A stretch of DNA of 64,000 bases from the NCBI GenBank assembly GCA_964234715.1, contig OZ174281.1, one strand, 5' to 3'. Source of the DNA: Podarcis melisellensis (Eukaryota). Position numbers and translations under genes: made by a program. The number at the start of each line of letters is the position of its first letter. The stretch's first letter is position 1. A model generated the notes under the pieces. That model did not search any database. It was not told the origin of the DNA and saw only the letters and a list, made by a program, of their open reading frames with translations. This document shows positions 1 through 14,400 of this stretch, piece after piece.

Positions 1-520
1 ATCAGTGTGGGTTTGCCAAGCATGCCTCCCTCGAGTGTCTTCAAAGCCCATGACACCTTTGGTAAAGGCTGTCCTCCAACTGGAGCACTCGCAGGCCAGT
101 GTTTCCCAGTTGCCGGTGTTTATACTACATTTTTAAAATTTGCCTTGAGACAGTCTTCAAACATCTTTTGTTGACCACCAGCATTACACTTTCCGTTTTT
201 AAGTTCGGAATAGAGTTGTTGCTTTGGAAGACGATAATCAGACATCCGCACACAATATGACCAGTCCAACGAAGTTGCAGTTGAAGAATCATTGCTTCGA
301 CACTGGTGATCTTTGCTTCTTCCAGTACACTGATATTAGTTCACCTGTCTTCCCAAGTGATGTGTAAAATTTTTTGGAGACACCGTTGATGAAATCGTTT
401 GAGGAGTTGGAGATGGTGTTTGTAAGTGGTCCATGTTTCACAAGCATACAGTAAGGTTGCTAGTACAATAGCTTTGCAAACAAGCATTTTGGTTTCCCTG
501 TGAATGTCGCAGGGATATTC
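1..520 (-). mobile_element. RTE-clade LINE, degraded 3' ORF fragment
   Basis: TKMLVCKAIVLATLLYACETWTTY...FHQRCLQKILHITWED, continuing LRW.GH..RM...RLPKQ.LYSEL: the typical RTE C-terminal region. Confidence 0.8.
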
Positions 521-532
521 ACATTTTTTCAC

Positions 533-589
533 TGCAGGGGGTTGGACTAGATGACTCTTGTGGTCCCTTCCAACTCTATGATTCTATGA
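533..589 (+). mobile_element. CR1 LINE 3' terminus
   Basis: GGGGTTGGACTAGATGAC...GGTCCCTTCCAACTCTATGATTCTATGA. Confidence 0.8.
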
Positions 590-3500
590 CAGTTCTAACA
601 GCAAAGTGTAATAAAGTGTAAAGGCAAATTGTAATGCACATATTGTGAGCCATATTCAAAATCCTAGTGCAGCCTCAGAGGTGCTTTAATAACAGCTGTG
701 ACTTGGTTGTTGTTCTTGGCACCCCTCTGATTTGAGAGAAAATGCCTTCGGGGGCCAAGTCAAACCGCTGGAGAATCACAGTGCCTGATGTGGCTGAAGA
801 AACCTGGAATTCATAACTGCTGCACCCCACATTATTCTTGCTGCGTTAAGCACCACAAAGTGATCTCCCCGGGGTGCAAACCTGGGCAGTCCTGGGCTGC
901 CCAGACAACAAGACACGCCCTCATGTATTGAAATAAGCCTGTTTCCCTTTTTTTCTGTCTACCAAGGAACTTGTGTGTTTACCTAAGGATTTGTATTTTC
1001 AGAAATAGAGAAGCAACTACTGAATTCATTCAGCAGTCCTGGGTTGCAACCAGAAGCCTGCATGGGACCTTGTAGAGACTTAGTCACTTTTAAAGTAGCC
1101 AGAATGGGGGTGGGGGTGGGGGACGGGATGTTCCAACTCCCAAGGCGTATTGCGAGCAGATCCCTCAACAGGGAGGCCACGAGTCGGTACTATTCAGAAG
1201 ACTGGATAAGCCCCCAGAGCTTCTAGCTGCTTTCTCACCATACTTGGCCATAGAGTTCACAGACAAGCCATTTCTCCTCCTCCTCCGTCCCTCTCTGCTT
1301 TTACTGCTCCCTCTTTCCATTGCCCCCCTACCCAACTGGTTGCAGTTGCTGCACTTGGGCTGAGCGTGGAGAGGTCTCTACTCATTGGAGCCAAGGAGTT
1401 GCTATGCTGGCATTCGTGAATAGTTCCAAAACACAGCTTTTGCTCTTGAACAGTCATACACTTGCAGGCTGCGGGGGGGGGGGGGCAGTGTGTGGGGGAG
1501 AGGTTGCTAAGAGAGTGCTGGATTTTTTCAAGCAAGTAGTCAGGCAAGCTACAGGCGGGTTGTCTCTTGAAAAGCAAAAAAGAGATTTGCTGAATCAGGG
1601 AAATACCACTGCCTTCCTTTGCATACTATTATGCTGCTATTTCCTCAGAGAAAAAAATAAATTGGGAGCTGTAACAAAAGAAACGAGCTTCCATCTTGTG
1701 GTAGGACAGTCTGAGCATTGTTTTCTTAAGTAACCAAGAGTTTCCACCATCCATATTAAAAGTTAGATACCCTCAGTCTGGGCAAGTGGGAACCCAAACA
1801 TGGAATATTTTCTTGGGAGAAGGGACAGATCTTAGCAAACTGCCTTCATCTAACCAGGCAGATATGAGGAGCCTAACACAAGGTTAAGCCTAGTCCTGCA
1901 AGCAAATTGTCAACTTCAGGTTTCTATTTTCAGCTTTTAATTAAATAAAAGTAGGAGAAAAAGAAAGCACAAAGATTAAAAAAACAAACAAGTGATTTCT
2001 AGCTAACCTCACACTCAGTCAGTTCCTCAGTTCGTTTCAGCAGCCTGCAGTAAAGTGCAGCATCGTTTTATGTGCAAATGACATAGAAGTTGAAGTTGAA
2101 CAAGCAGAGTTCCTCAGGGCCAAGGGAGGGCATAACTAAAAAACATTTTTATGTCTCATGTTTCAAGAGGAACAATGATGTCTGATCAGGCCTGAGATGG
2201 GTGCAAAGCACTTATCATTCATTACAGGATATTAGGGAAACAGGTGTGTGGATTGAGAAGGATCTCCTCTTGTGTAGTTAATCTGAATGGATTCGCTAAG
2301 CAGGAAACATCCTCTTGCATAGACCCTGAGCTGAGCTCCATATGTTTCACTGTGCAGTGTCTTTGAGGAGACTTTGGAATTCTTAAATGACCTGAAAGGT
2401 TGGAGCTGGTTCTTTGACATGGCGGCATTTCTAGGATGGCATTTGTTCTCTTTCCCAGCACTCCTGTGTGCTACAGAAGTTTTGCAAAGAGATATTTAAG
2501 TGAATAGAGTTGCCAAACAGCCTCTTGGACAGTTGCTAGAATCTGAGAACAGAAAGTCAGAATTCAGCCACACTGCCTCTTCATTGACCAGTCCTGTCAT
2601 GCAGGGAAAGAAGCTGGTCATAGCATGGAGGGAAAGTGATGGCAAAACCATTGAACAAAATCATGTTTGGTTTTTTCATAGCAGATAAAGGAGACATGCC
2701 ATTTAGAAATCTCTCACTCGCATTCCTGCACACCACACAAAAATGCAAGGATATATCTAAATTATGCACAAGGAGGACCAAACAAGTTCCCCCCACCTTT
2801 CCTAAAATTAAGAGGGGCTCAGTGGCTGTTTTTGTAATCCCCCCCCAGTAATTAGAACAAGAAAAAGAAGGAGGTAATCACGGAATGTGAGTTTGCACAA
2901 ACCAGATTGTATACCTATGTGGCCATGGAAGTCTGAATCTTCGAGGAGTCTTGTTCCCCCACAAATTGCTAAGATCTCAGAGAAAGATCAATTCTTCTGG
3001 TGGGGAAAAAAAATCTTACAGCTTTGTACTTACTAAACAAAACCAAATGTTTGGAGGCCAACACATGCTACAGGAATAGAAATACATTCCAAAACCAAAT
3101 TAAACAAAGGCCTGAAACCCCGTAGACATCCTTGTGCTGTTTTTATGAAGCATTTGGATTCTCATATTTCTGTAAGTTTAAACCAACTGTTGGAGCAGCC
3201 AATGTGCTTTGGCAAAAACACATCAAGTCCTCTCTGGGTCTCTCTCTTACACTCAAGCAGTCATATAAACATAATATTCTTTTTTAAAAAGTTTTGGAAG
3301 TAGCCCCCAAAGCAATTTTTCTCCTGTCTGTAGTAACAGGAGTCCCGAGATTCAAACCATTCCCTGAGGTATATCAGCAGAGCTGCCAGATCAGCAATAT
3401 CCCAAAGCCTAGTGGTATGGAATGAGTTTGGTGTGTGTTTATGAGTTTAAATCTGATTCTTTATAAAGGTACTGTTTTAAAATGATATTGTTCCAGCCAA

Positions 3501-4004
3501 TTATAATGATGAAAACTCCTAAAACTAAGATTCAAGGGCAGTAATTTGTCTGGATTACTAGAGCACTCCAGCAGCCAGCCAACCTTTCGCAAATGAAGAT
3601 AAGAGCACACTCCTAGGACACCTTGGTTCCAGTACCAAGCCCCTCCCCCCCGGTCTTCCTTCCCAGCGAACCATCACACATTGCTGAAGGTTGTGTTCCA
3701 CCTGCTGTATTTGTTTGTCCCACACTGATTTACAGTTCAAGAGCAAGTTTGTTTTTAGCTAAAAACCTACTTGAAAAACACAGTGGCATTACGGTGGTCC
3801 AGTTTGCATGTCACAGTAAACCGTAGTTGATTAGTTTACCATGAAAACGTTGAGCTGGGCCACTTTGCTGCCCACTGGAGAAACGGAGAGCTTAGCTTAG
3901 TGCTGTATCATCTGCTGTGGATCATAATTTGTTTCATGCAAGACCATGGTTTATTTGAAGGGTTCTAGATCATGCAGGGAGGAAGTTCCTCATTTCACAC
4001 TTTC

Positions 4005-4333
4005 TTTTTAAAAATAATTTTTATTGCATTTTAAAAAATTACAAATACACAATTACAAATACACATAAAACTCAAACACACCCACAAAAATACATCTTCA
4101 TTTCTTTTTCATTTACATTCATATTCTATATCTCATCTAAACTTATCCATATCCATCGTACATTAATTGACTTCTGTCTGTCTCTTTACGGCTTCTTCAC
4201 CTCTTTTTTATTTTCCCCTTTATTTTGTATTCAATATATATATTACCTTTTATTTATTTTTGTGAAATCCAGTCAAAGCACAACCAAGTTTTGATTTGGG
4301 AACCATGTTTGTGCAAATAATTTTTTAAACAAT
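4005..4333 (-). mobile_element. 5'-truncated retroposon (L1-like 3' UTR) with 16-bp target site duplication
   Basis: CTCATTTCACACTTTC at 3989-4004 and 4334-4349. The T-rich left end has a minus-strand AATAAA. Confidence 0.65.
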
Positions 4334-7300
4334 CTCATTTCACACTTTCCACCTTGCACTTCACCTCTGCACTCCCTCCTGTGAGTGCCTGCATGAGTAC
4401 TCCGAACACACAGTTAGGGCTCACGCCTCTCGCAAGTGTTAATGATTCAAATAACAATATTTGTTTTGCATTCCACCAAGTCCTAAAATACATTGTTTGT
4501 CACTGACTAAGACATAGAGCAGGCCCATTGAGATCACTGGACTTAAGTTAGCCAAGTCCACTGATTCATTTCTGTGCATGACTTCACCAGACACAACCCT
4601 ATGTCACTGGAGATGGGGCAGCTAACCAACTCACCCTTGGTCCATTCTCTGTGGGGGCCGCCCCACTCTCCTTTATGCATAGACAGACACCTGCAGGTAG
4701 GCTGAAGCACACAGGCTCCCCCCTCACCAGCTGACGTGGGTTATTATTGCCCCCACTCAGCTCCTCAAATGGTCAGACTAATGACCAGGTGAAATTTGCA
4801 TCCCCATCATGGCACGTAGTTCCATACCCCAACAAGGCTGGGTTTATCTTAACGTGTCTCTCTCTCTACCCCCCCCCCCCACTTTTTGCTCCTGCTGCCA
4901 AATTGGTGGGATCTTGGAGAGCTGGAAAAATTGACTTGCGGGGTAGTTTACATCCCCAAAATGAGGGTTGAGGAGATAGAAGAAGCTTCTAAATGTCTAC
5001 TTTGCAATCTCCTGCAAATATTTCTGGAAAAAAATTCTGAAAGAAATACTGTACTTGAAAAGATAACAGGAAAATGTCAAGTCTACTTTTGGGAAATTGT
5101 ATGAGCTATTATTTTCATGATTTTGGGAAAACTATGGAACACAATACTGTTTTTATATCATATGAATGATATTTAGAAAAAAGTGCAACTAATTTTCAGT
5201 GAAACATGCATATGGCTTATTTTATTTTATTTTGCACAGTGCCAGTGACTGTGGAATAAGCGGGAAAATGTTTCATCAAAAACTGCAGGTGCTATTAAGC
5301 GACCTCATAGTCTTGTCTATCAAGTGTGAACTTGCAGGAGAAATTTACTTTGGGGAAATAATTTCACAATAAAAAGGCAAGAAGAAAAGTTTTAAAGTAA
5401 ATTGGTCAACTCAAAAATATATTTGCAGTCACATGATAGATTTTTTTTTTTAATCAACAGAAAAATATATTTATTTGGACCAACCAAAAAATACTCTGCA
5501 AGCTTTGGGAAACTCTTCAGACTGGATGGTAAGTTAAACAAAAGTAGGGGGCGGGAAATGGCTTGGGGTGGGGTGGAGGCCTGGTAGAAATGCCCAGTAT
5601 GGGCCATGGTGTCATATCAGAAATGCAGAAAATGTAATTTCATAATTAAAACAGGTATTCACATGTGGGTTTCCTTAGTGGGACTGCACAGAGCCAAACT
5701 TGAGGAGCAAAAGCTACAGGCAAGCAAATCTGAACATTTGTTCCACTTAAAGTAAGTGGGACTTTTCTCTCCAGACTAATTTTCTCTCATGCAGGCCAGG
5801 ACTATCTGTCATAATAGGACAAGCAGTTAGGAACTGCAAGGAATCTGTGCCATCTTGGAATGCAGCCACACGAGGGCTGAACTTTTATAGACCGAGGGAG
5901 AGCAAACCAGGTGTTAATGCAAGTCGAACAGCAAGGGCATGAGGAAGAAAATTAAGATGTCCTTGGGTTGCGTAACTATTTTAACCCAGAGAAATTATTC
6001 CAGAATGCCACTCTTTTGGTGTTAGTAATTTTATTAATGGACAGCTTGTATCAAAAACCGATGCTCTTTTAAAAACTATGTAGATATTCGTGCTGTTATT
6101 ATTAACTCATCTAATGTATTTATAGAATCTAGTAACATTTGCCAGCTAAATGAGGGCAGATCTGACAAGTTGTAAAATTCCATCAGCTTAATTTGGGTTC
6201 ACATATTTAGTTTCTCTTTTCAGCTAGAAGAGCCATAAATAATCTAAGAGAAAGAAAAGTGTGCTCCAGAGATAACCCAAGCTCCCTCTCTCAAGAATCT
6301 CTCTCAAGAGCAGACAGCGCCAGGCCCAGCCTTCTGCCAATTGTTCAGTTTATTGTATTTTAACCCCCATGAGAGATGCAATTTGGATTTCCTGCCTCAC
6401 ACATCAAAATGGCACCACCTTAACAGAGTTGTGTGAGGTTAAAACATGAGGCGCTGGGAGAAGAAAAACATTGTACTCCAAAGAGCTCCTTGGAGAAAAG
6501 TAAAGATAAAAATGGAGTAAATCAGTAAATTCAAATTGTTGTACAACCCAAGTATTGCTAATTGCATGGATCCCAAAATGAACCTAGTCAAGCAAACCTT
6601 TAGAGCGAAGGCTAACAATGCACACTGGCCAAACACAGTTTGCTCCCCTGCACTAAAAGAGACACAGCACATCCCCAATAAATACTCACCCATAATAGAT
6701 CGAACTTTTGCGCAGAAATCCACAGCTCCCTTTACCCAGCAACTGCTTAGCATTTCTTAAAGGACTCTCGTTGTAGAAAACACTTTATGATTCTTACTTG
6801 TAAAAGGTCCTGTGCATACACCAAGAAGCAGGATGGAACCCAGAGATGGGGTGATGTCGGATAGCTCTTGTAGAATGAGGTGTGTTGGGGTCCCAGCCGC
6901 CCGGTGACAGTGACCTTGGCCTGCACCCCTAAGTGCAGAGTGTGGCCACTTCTTCTCTTTTCGGTGATGGTAGGAGAGCAGGGCCTACTTCCCTCACAAG
7001 GGAGTGAAGCAGCAAGAGCCCAAGGGGGGAAAGGCCAGCTTCCATCAGCCAAGCCCTAAACTGCTGCACCTGCTCAGCGAGCTTTGATGGTTGGGGCTTC
7101 CCACACCTGCTTGAGTGGCTGGCTCTGCAATAAGTAACCAAACAGTTAAACCCCTGTGTTCCAAATAAATATCAGTAATATCCAAAAGCAACACGATGAC
7201 AAAGTACAACAATGTGATGTCAATATAAAGGCTTTATATAATCTATACAGAACACTGAACAATATGAAATATGCACTCTCTGCAAAACCAAATAAACAGA

Positions 7301-7382
7301 AATCTTCTAAATCTCTGAAAGTCGCAAAATATGCATTCTCGGTGGATTCTCGTGAAAACATAGAACCAAATAAATGTTAGTC

Positions 7383-7751
7383 TTTCACCCCAAATGATTG
7401 AGGGACAACTTACCTTATGGATAATTTCTACATCTGAAAAGGAATTCCTCTCTCGATCATGATTTTCATAAAAATGCTGACATGCTAGCAGATTCTCTGA
7501 GTGCTAGGGGGTATCCTTTTGATATTGTCTATCGATCCAAAATCAAATCGCTTACTAAGGATCGTGCTTTGCTTCTTGGTCCCACATCTACCCCACGTGC
7601 TCAAAATTGCATTACAGGATCATTAGAATACACCTCTCATGCAGACAGAGTTATTAGAATAATACGCAAACACTGGCATGTACTCTGGAATATACCAGGT
7701 TGTTTTGAATTTCCTTTAATAGGCTTTAGGCCTATTAAGCGTTTATATTGA
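7383..7751 (+). mobile_element. Penelope-like element RT C-terminal fragment
   Basis: In frame: FHPK*LRDNLPYG*FLHLKRNSS...LSARGYP...IIRKHWHVL, matching the PLE motif (HP...NLPYGQFLRLRRNCS...RGYP). Confidence 0.7.
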
Positions 7752-8276
7752 CATCGCATTGTTGTACTTGGTTACCGTGTTGCTTTTGGATATTACTGAG
7801 TGGCTGGCTCTAGCAGCTGCTTTTTTAAACTTATAATTGTGTTTGTGGGTTTATTTTTACTCACGTTGGATGTGCCTTTCCATAACAGGTACAGAAGCCC
7901 ACTGTAATGGCAGCTGAATCTAGCTTCCACACCAAAGACAGGACAGCATCCTCCATTCTAGACAAGGTTATAGCTGGCTAACTTAGAGGGCGAATGGCAG
8001 GCTGTGTAGCCCCACAGCTCTGTCCTCTGACTTGCCCCCCGTCCCCCGGCACACTTTGCTGCCTTCCCAGCACCAGCTGCCTGAGGCACCTGCCCTACTC
8101 TGCCTAATGGCAAGGCATGTGTACAACTTCTGCACATGTGCAGTTTGCAGGTTCATTGTGAACTATTATTTCTGTGCCGCTTGTTGCTAATGGCCTGTTG
8201 CGCTTTGCTCCTTTGTTTTATAGATTGCACATGCTTGGCTTAGCATACCTTTTCATTTGGTCTTTGGTTGCTTCAG

Positions 8277-8372
8277 GAGTAGGGTGGTCATCTGCCTGAG
8301 ATTCCTGCATTGCAGAGGGTTGGATTAGATGACCCTTAGCATCCCTTCCAAATCTACAAATCTGATTCTGTG
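8277..8372 (+). mobile_element. CR1 3' terminus
   Basis: GATTCCTGCATTGCAGAGGGTTGGATTAGATGACCCTT...CCCTTCCAA..TGATTCTGTG. Confidence 0.7.
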
Positions 8373-10049
8373 TGTTACTTCTCAGGAAACACACAGAGGA
8401 TTCAGCCGAAAGGTTTCCAGGAAGGTTGTCAGTGATCAGATGTCCTGCCTATACCTTTCCCTAGAATGTGGGAGGCCAACAGCATTACCTGCCTTGAATT
8501 TCCTGGGGGTGAGAAGGCCATTATTCTCAAGAGAGCTGCTCTGTAACAGAGCCTTCCCTTGACAAATAACAACAGGGTTTGTTCTTATTTTTCACCTTTT
8601 TATTACAAGAGTGCATTCTCTTCCCTATTAATAAAACAGGATGGATAAGGTCAAAAGTAAATAAAAATGGATTAAAGTCAATATAAGTGTAATTCACTTT
8701 ACTTCTCTTAGTCCCACTCATCCTGACCTTAAAGCAGGATCTTTAAGGACAGATCTTCAGATTTTCCATCCTCTCCTCACAATTTTTTAAGCCCTTCCCT
8801 CCTGATCTTCCTCAGTCTGCTTGAAAACTTTGGCTTGTTAAGCTGTTGTCTGGTATTTCTCCAACAGAGGCTCCTCTCAAAACATATTCTTGACAATAGA
8901 GCAGTTCACACTGTTCACAAAACTTATTTCACTGTTTGCCTTCTCTGTGTCTCTCTTTGTAGACTTTGGTTCATTGTTACATGGCTAAATACCAGGTACC
9001 ATTTGGGCCATCTGGGATCTGTCACAGGATCCCTATGAGCAGAAGCAACTTGCAGGACAATGTGTCACCGAGAGAACCTTCCTGGCCAACTGTCCTGAGT
9101 CAGAGCCAGATTTCCACTGCTTCCCTCCTGCTACAGGATGCTCTCCAGGAAAGAGTACGCACTCCTTTTTGCAGCTTTGGGCTGGCTGAGCTCCATTCTG
9201 CTCTCTCCCTGGCTGGGGTCAGGTGTGAGGCCTTGATCTGTTTCTGATTAGCAGCCAGCAGCAGAGCTCATTAATTGTCCTGTGATCCTTGCCCTAACTC
9301 AGAGCGGCTAACTCCATCCAGCCAAGGCTGGAGCAGAGGGCAACCCTTCAGGGACTGGGGGAAAAGGCCACTTCCCCTCCCCCCCATCTCTTCTTCCAGC
9401 CGGTGCTTCAGAGAAAGACCCGGCCCCTCCCCCATACACTGCAACTGGAGCTGATTAACTTCCTTGGCCTTGAGGAACAAATCATTCTCCTCTAATCTCT
9501 CCCTCTCCCTCCTTCAGTAATTGCAGATCAGCTCCAATCCTTTTCACTAAAGTAAAGGAAGGAATCACTCCGATTTTTGTCTGCTTCTACAATCTGAAGC
9601 TACTGATCCTCCCTTCCTTCCAGCGCACCAGGCTAGTGTGATGCACTGAATTCTTCCCAATGACCACAGAAGTGAGTGAATGCAAAGGGTGATTGACTGC
9701 ACAGGGCTCTTCAAAAAACGTTCCCCAAAAGCCATGCCGATCAACCCAGGATGTACATTTGTGGTTACTTAGCCACAACCTGTGATTTGACAGTGGATTG
9801 GGAGCGGGGACGAAGAAAGGTGCACCGCGCACTTCTTGGCTACTTCTTCAGCGACTGGACTATCAGTTCAGGGGCAAAGGAGGAGCCACTGTCAGCCGGG
9901 ATGAGCCAACTCTGCTGGATGGGATGCCCCCCCCTCGCCCCAATTAAGAAGGCAGACAGAATCGAGGACCGAAACTGGAACAAAAGCTTTTTTTCAGCGG
10001 GGGTGGGGCGTTTAGCTCCGGAAATGCCCACAATTTGTCTGCATGGAGA

Positions 10050-11450
10050 CACCAGGCAGCTGCATCCGCGGATGGTCACGAGGGGCAGATTGCGGGATGA
10101 TCCCATCGGGGAAATATGGGGCTCCCAGCGCACGTGGCGCTTGATCTAATCTGCCGCCCACACAAAGGGGTCCCCCCCCCGCCTTTCCCGGCACAGAGCA
10201 CCCATTCAGAGATGCTCATCCCGCCCGCTTGCCCGAGGGAGGTGCGCGCCTTCTCTCTGCCTCCCTCCCTCCCTCCCTCCCTCCCCGGGCGCTGCAGCCC
10301 CCGACTTGCCAGCCAGCCGCGCTCTCGCGGACAAAGAGCTGCTCTTCTGTTACCGTTTTGGATCTGGTCTGTTTAAAAAGAGAGAGAGAGATATTAAACC
10401 TTTTATCTGGCTGCGGAATTCCCTGTTTGGGTGGGATGGGAAAATGCGCCACAATCTAACGGAACCTGGACGTGAACGGGGAGAAATTCGGCAGGAAAAG
10501 CCCGTCTTGGCATGGAGAGGAAATGCTTCTGCGGAATGTCTGCCCTGTCGAGGGGCTGTTCAAGGCGCAGGAGCTGGTTATATGTACTGTATGCATGTGG
10601 TGAAACCCCGCCAGAGCCGAGGTGCGAGTTCTCACAACCGCCCTCTCACATCAGCTTCCCTTGCCCGAACCCCAATATTATTTCATGTTCATAAGCAGAG
10701 AAGACAAGTCGCCCTTCGGAAACGGCGCATTTATTACAGAGCAGCCAAGATCACCGCGCTGTGCGCTGGCGGGGAGAAAAAGCCGCGCCGACGGCGGCTG
10801 TGGCGAAGAGGCGCCTGTTTGGGTCAATTCTCGGGGGGGGGGGGAAGAAGCGGCGTTTCGCCCCCTCCTTTCCGGGTCGCCTCCTGCTCGGGGGCTCCAG
10901 CAGGCAGCGCTCAACCTGCGCGCCCCTCGAGGCGGCCGACTCCCGCATCGGCGCCAGAGCCCGAGGAAGACCTCGTCACTATGGCAACAGGGGCTTGCGA
11001 GAAGAAGAGGAAGAGGAGTGCGCGTGCGTCCGCTTGTCCTCCCTCCGGCCTGGACTTCTCTCTCGCGCGCCCGCCCCTCCTCCGCACAGCCAGACGCCTC
11101 CTTCGGCGCCCAAGGCGCAGCCCTGGAAGAGGAGCGTTGTTTTCCGGGGCCCCTCTCTCTCGCGCACCTCCTCGCAGCCGCCGCCCACCACCTCTCCTCA
11201 CGAGGAGGCTGCAAGGGACTCCGGCTTGAGAGCTCTCCGTGGCGGCGCGAGATGCCTGGCGGCTTTCCTCTGCCCCGACCCCGGCACCCTGGGGTGCCCT
11301 CGCTCCGCACCCAGCGAGCCTTCTGGGGGCTGAGCCTCGAGGAAGCCTGCGGACAGGGGGAGAGTGAGGAATTGGGCCGGGCGGGGCTTGCCGCCCCCCA
11401 GTATTTTATTCCAGTTGGCACCTCTGGCTTCTTGTGCTCCTCACTCCGCC
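10050..11450. promoter_or_regulatory. CpG island promoter of an unidentified gene, probably firing on the minus strand
   Basis: Dense CpG/GC. RFX X-box GTCACTATGGCAAC (10975-10988), NRF1-like TGCGCGTGCG (~11019-11028), GC-box CCCGCCCC (~11070), ETS-like TTCCGG (~11141). Confidence 0.7.
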
Positions 11451-14400
11451 CCCACCACTAAACTTACCTGTTTTCCTTTTGATTCCTTTGTTGCCGTCGG
11501 CAAATGGCATTCTTGGAAAGGGCGAGGGATGGCTTTTCTCTCCCCCCCCCCTTATGCTCCCTGCCCCTTTTTGGACTGTCCTAAGCAAAGGCCTTCTGCT
11601 GAAAGGCGCTAGGCAGGAGCAAAGGGTTTTTTGGAGGGTGGGAGGAATTGTTTGAGCAAATGGAGGGAGGCTGTAGGCCTGCTGGGAAGCTAGCACCTGG
11701 TGCATGTCTGACATTTTATGAATTAAGATGGTGCTGACAGGCAGTTCCCCTCCCCGGTTTCTTTAGGACTAGCTTGACAAAGGACCAAACTAGGAGTAAA
11801 GACCCGGCGGTCTGTGGGGCAGACTCAGACAGCTACCTTGGGCAGCAAAATCCAAGGGGCGCAGCCACTGACGCCAAAGAAGTGGGGACAAATGGCAGTG
11901 GCTTCCAGGACCTTGCAAAGGTGGTGCAAGATGTCACCAGAACTTGGAACCTGCCACTGCTGCCAAGTGACCCCAGGAAGCAAGGCTTCAGCAGGGGTGG
12001 CAAGGGGTGGGCACACACTGCACAGTGGGGTCACTTTCCCATTTTTGCCTCAGGCAGCAAAACGGGATGGGCTTCCGCTGAGTAAAGGCAGCACTTAGCA
12101 GTAAGCGTTTGTATGTATTTTTAATTATTTGTGCTGATTTTTGTTATGTAGATAATAAATGGACCAAATAAGTAAATATAGAACAAAAACACAAAAGGGA
12201 GGGGGTTTCCTACTCACCACCACGGAGCTCTTTCTATGTGGTTGAGGTTGGTACTGAAAAATAAAGACAGAACTGCTGCCATCTTAGTGAAGCTTTGCCA
12301 TAGCAAAAAGCTATCTATGCTAGATGGCTTAGTTATTGGCCATGCCAATTTCATATGTATAAACCTTCCACAGATGCAAAAATTCCATTGCTTATGGACC
12401 AGAGGCCAAGGGAGGCCTTTGCAATATCCAGACTCACAGTGATTGAAGATCAGTTCGTAGAACAGAATCAGAAGCCATACTTTGAAATGGGTTTGCAGAC
12501 ACTACTGTATTATGGAACTACCTGACCCTGAAGATATTCATGGAGGCCTCTGCTTCATGTACTTCCGCTACCACCAGAAGTACTACAGGCCGGCATGGTG
12601 ACTGACAGGGCCTTTTCTGTGACGGCAAGGAGGCACCAAGCCCAGAGAAGCTTTTCTCACCCTCCCCCCATGGCCATGTTTAGGTGCTGCTGTTTTAGAC
12701 TTTTTTTAAAAAAACAACAATGTTTCTTTTAAAAAACAACAACAGATGCTGTTAGCCAACTGTTATATATATATGTAGCTTAAAATATTGCAAATATAAC
12801 TAATCATGGTTGGCCTAGCATGGTGTCTAAATTGACAAACTGCTTCTACACCTGGGGGCCTCAGCATTTAGTGGCCAAGTAAACAAAGCAAAAACGGAAA
12901 TATATGAAGTTTAGACCTAAATTTGGTCTGTGGGCTGGATGCTCTCCACCCCATGATTAGCCAATTGTACATTGAGAATCTCAGAGTTGTGGTTTTGTGT
13001 GATGTCTAACCTGAGTCTTTACCGTACTTAGCCCCACAGGCCCCTCCCACTTCTTTTTAGGTGCAAGCCCCCCTTCCTGTAGCACTCCTGACATCTGCAG
13101 ATTGCCCAGGATAGCTCCAGCCAGCAACAAGGCGAGGAGAAATTCAGTACTGTGCATTTTGGAAGCTTTTCATGTAAAGGAACTGCGGGAATAGACATGG
13201 GGCTTATGCTCACCAGAGTGTAGGGTGTGTTTCCATTTCATTTGCAAAGTCCACATCATGTTGCCCTCAAACAACAGTGGGAATGCTTCCTCAAAGCCAG
13301 CAATGCCTGGTACACATCACCCAAAAGCAATTAATGCAGTTTTTGTTGTGGAAATACTGGTTTCACTCTCATGCAAATTTAATCATTTGCTTAATTGACT
13401 GACAGCACAACCCTACGTTTGTTCAGTATTAAGTCCTATTGAATTCAGTTGAACTTACTCCAAGTTAAATGTGCATAACAGTGTAAATATGCATAGGATC
13501 CAAGTAGTCATGACTAAGTTTACAGTGAAATAATTTTAGACCCATTAGGCCATACTATCTATATTTAAGCTCTGGCTGTTCTGTACCAAACTCCCCCTTC
13601 CTACCCTCTTAGGCTTCCTTGCCTCAGTATTTTGGGCTATCCTCCCTTGTGAACAATGCGCCCTGCTCCTGCAGTTTTCTTTACAGAATCTGGCATAGGG
13701 AAGTTTAGTAGGCGACACTTTTCTCAGGACCTTATTTCCATTTCAGGAAAGACCTTAGCTGCTTAATGCCTATGTGTGAGGCACAGGAACAGGGTAAGTC
13801 AAAGAAACGTAAGTTGACAGTCTTATTTCTTAGAAAGAAGCCCAGGCTTTGCCTAGATGGATCACCTTCCTTCTCCTCCCACGCAGTCCACCAGGTTTGG
13901 CAGGCTAGTTCCAAGCAACCCAGCACTCTGACCAAAAATGAAAGCCGTCCAAGAAAGGAAGTCCTGCTATAATGTTGCAGGACTGGAGAGACCCGGGTTC
14001 ATGTCCCCACTGGGTGGACCTTGGGCCAGTCACTCTTCCCACTTAATGTACCTCACAGAGTTGTTATGGGGATGTATGCCTCCTTCAACTCAGTGGTGGA
14101 AAGGCAGGATATAAGTGTTCAAAACAAGCAAACATTTCTGCTGAGGTAAATTTATGCCTGCACTGTACCACCTCAGAATGTAGCTAAGGGCATTCAGGAA
14201 TGCTTCTACAATGTCCGTAACATTGTATGACGTTTTATGACGAAGCTACACTAGAATCTTCTCCCAGCCATTATATTTTTTTTAAATGGAAAGTTCCCCC
14301 TTCCTTGCAATATAGAGAAGCAGTCAATCATGTGTATCTTCACCCCCCCTCTTAATTGGTACACACCAAGCACCTCCTGCCTAATTGAGGGCTAGGCCCA

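Noticed and set aside
8963-9247. Plus-strand acceptor followed by an open frame
   Set aside because: No recognisable protein or partner exons.
10897-10911. CTCF-like CCAGCAGGCAGCGCT, and other partial matches (50232, 58522, 60925-60975)
   Set aside because: Each mismatches core positions or spacing; cannot be called without PWM scoring or ChIP.
10306-11461. Several long overlapping ORFs (up to 307 aa) on both strands
   Set aside because: Low-complexity Arg/Pro/Ala/Gly translations expected from a stop-poor CpG island; no recognisable domain.
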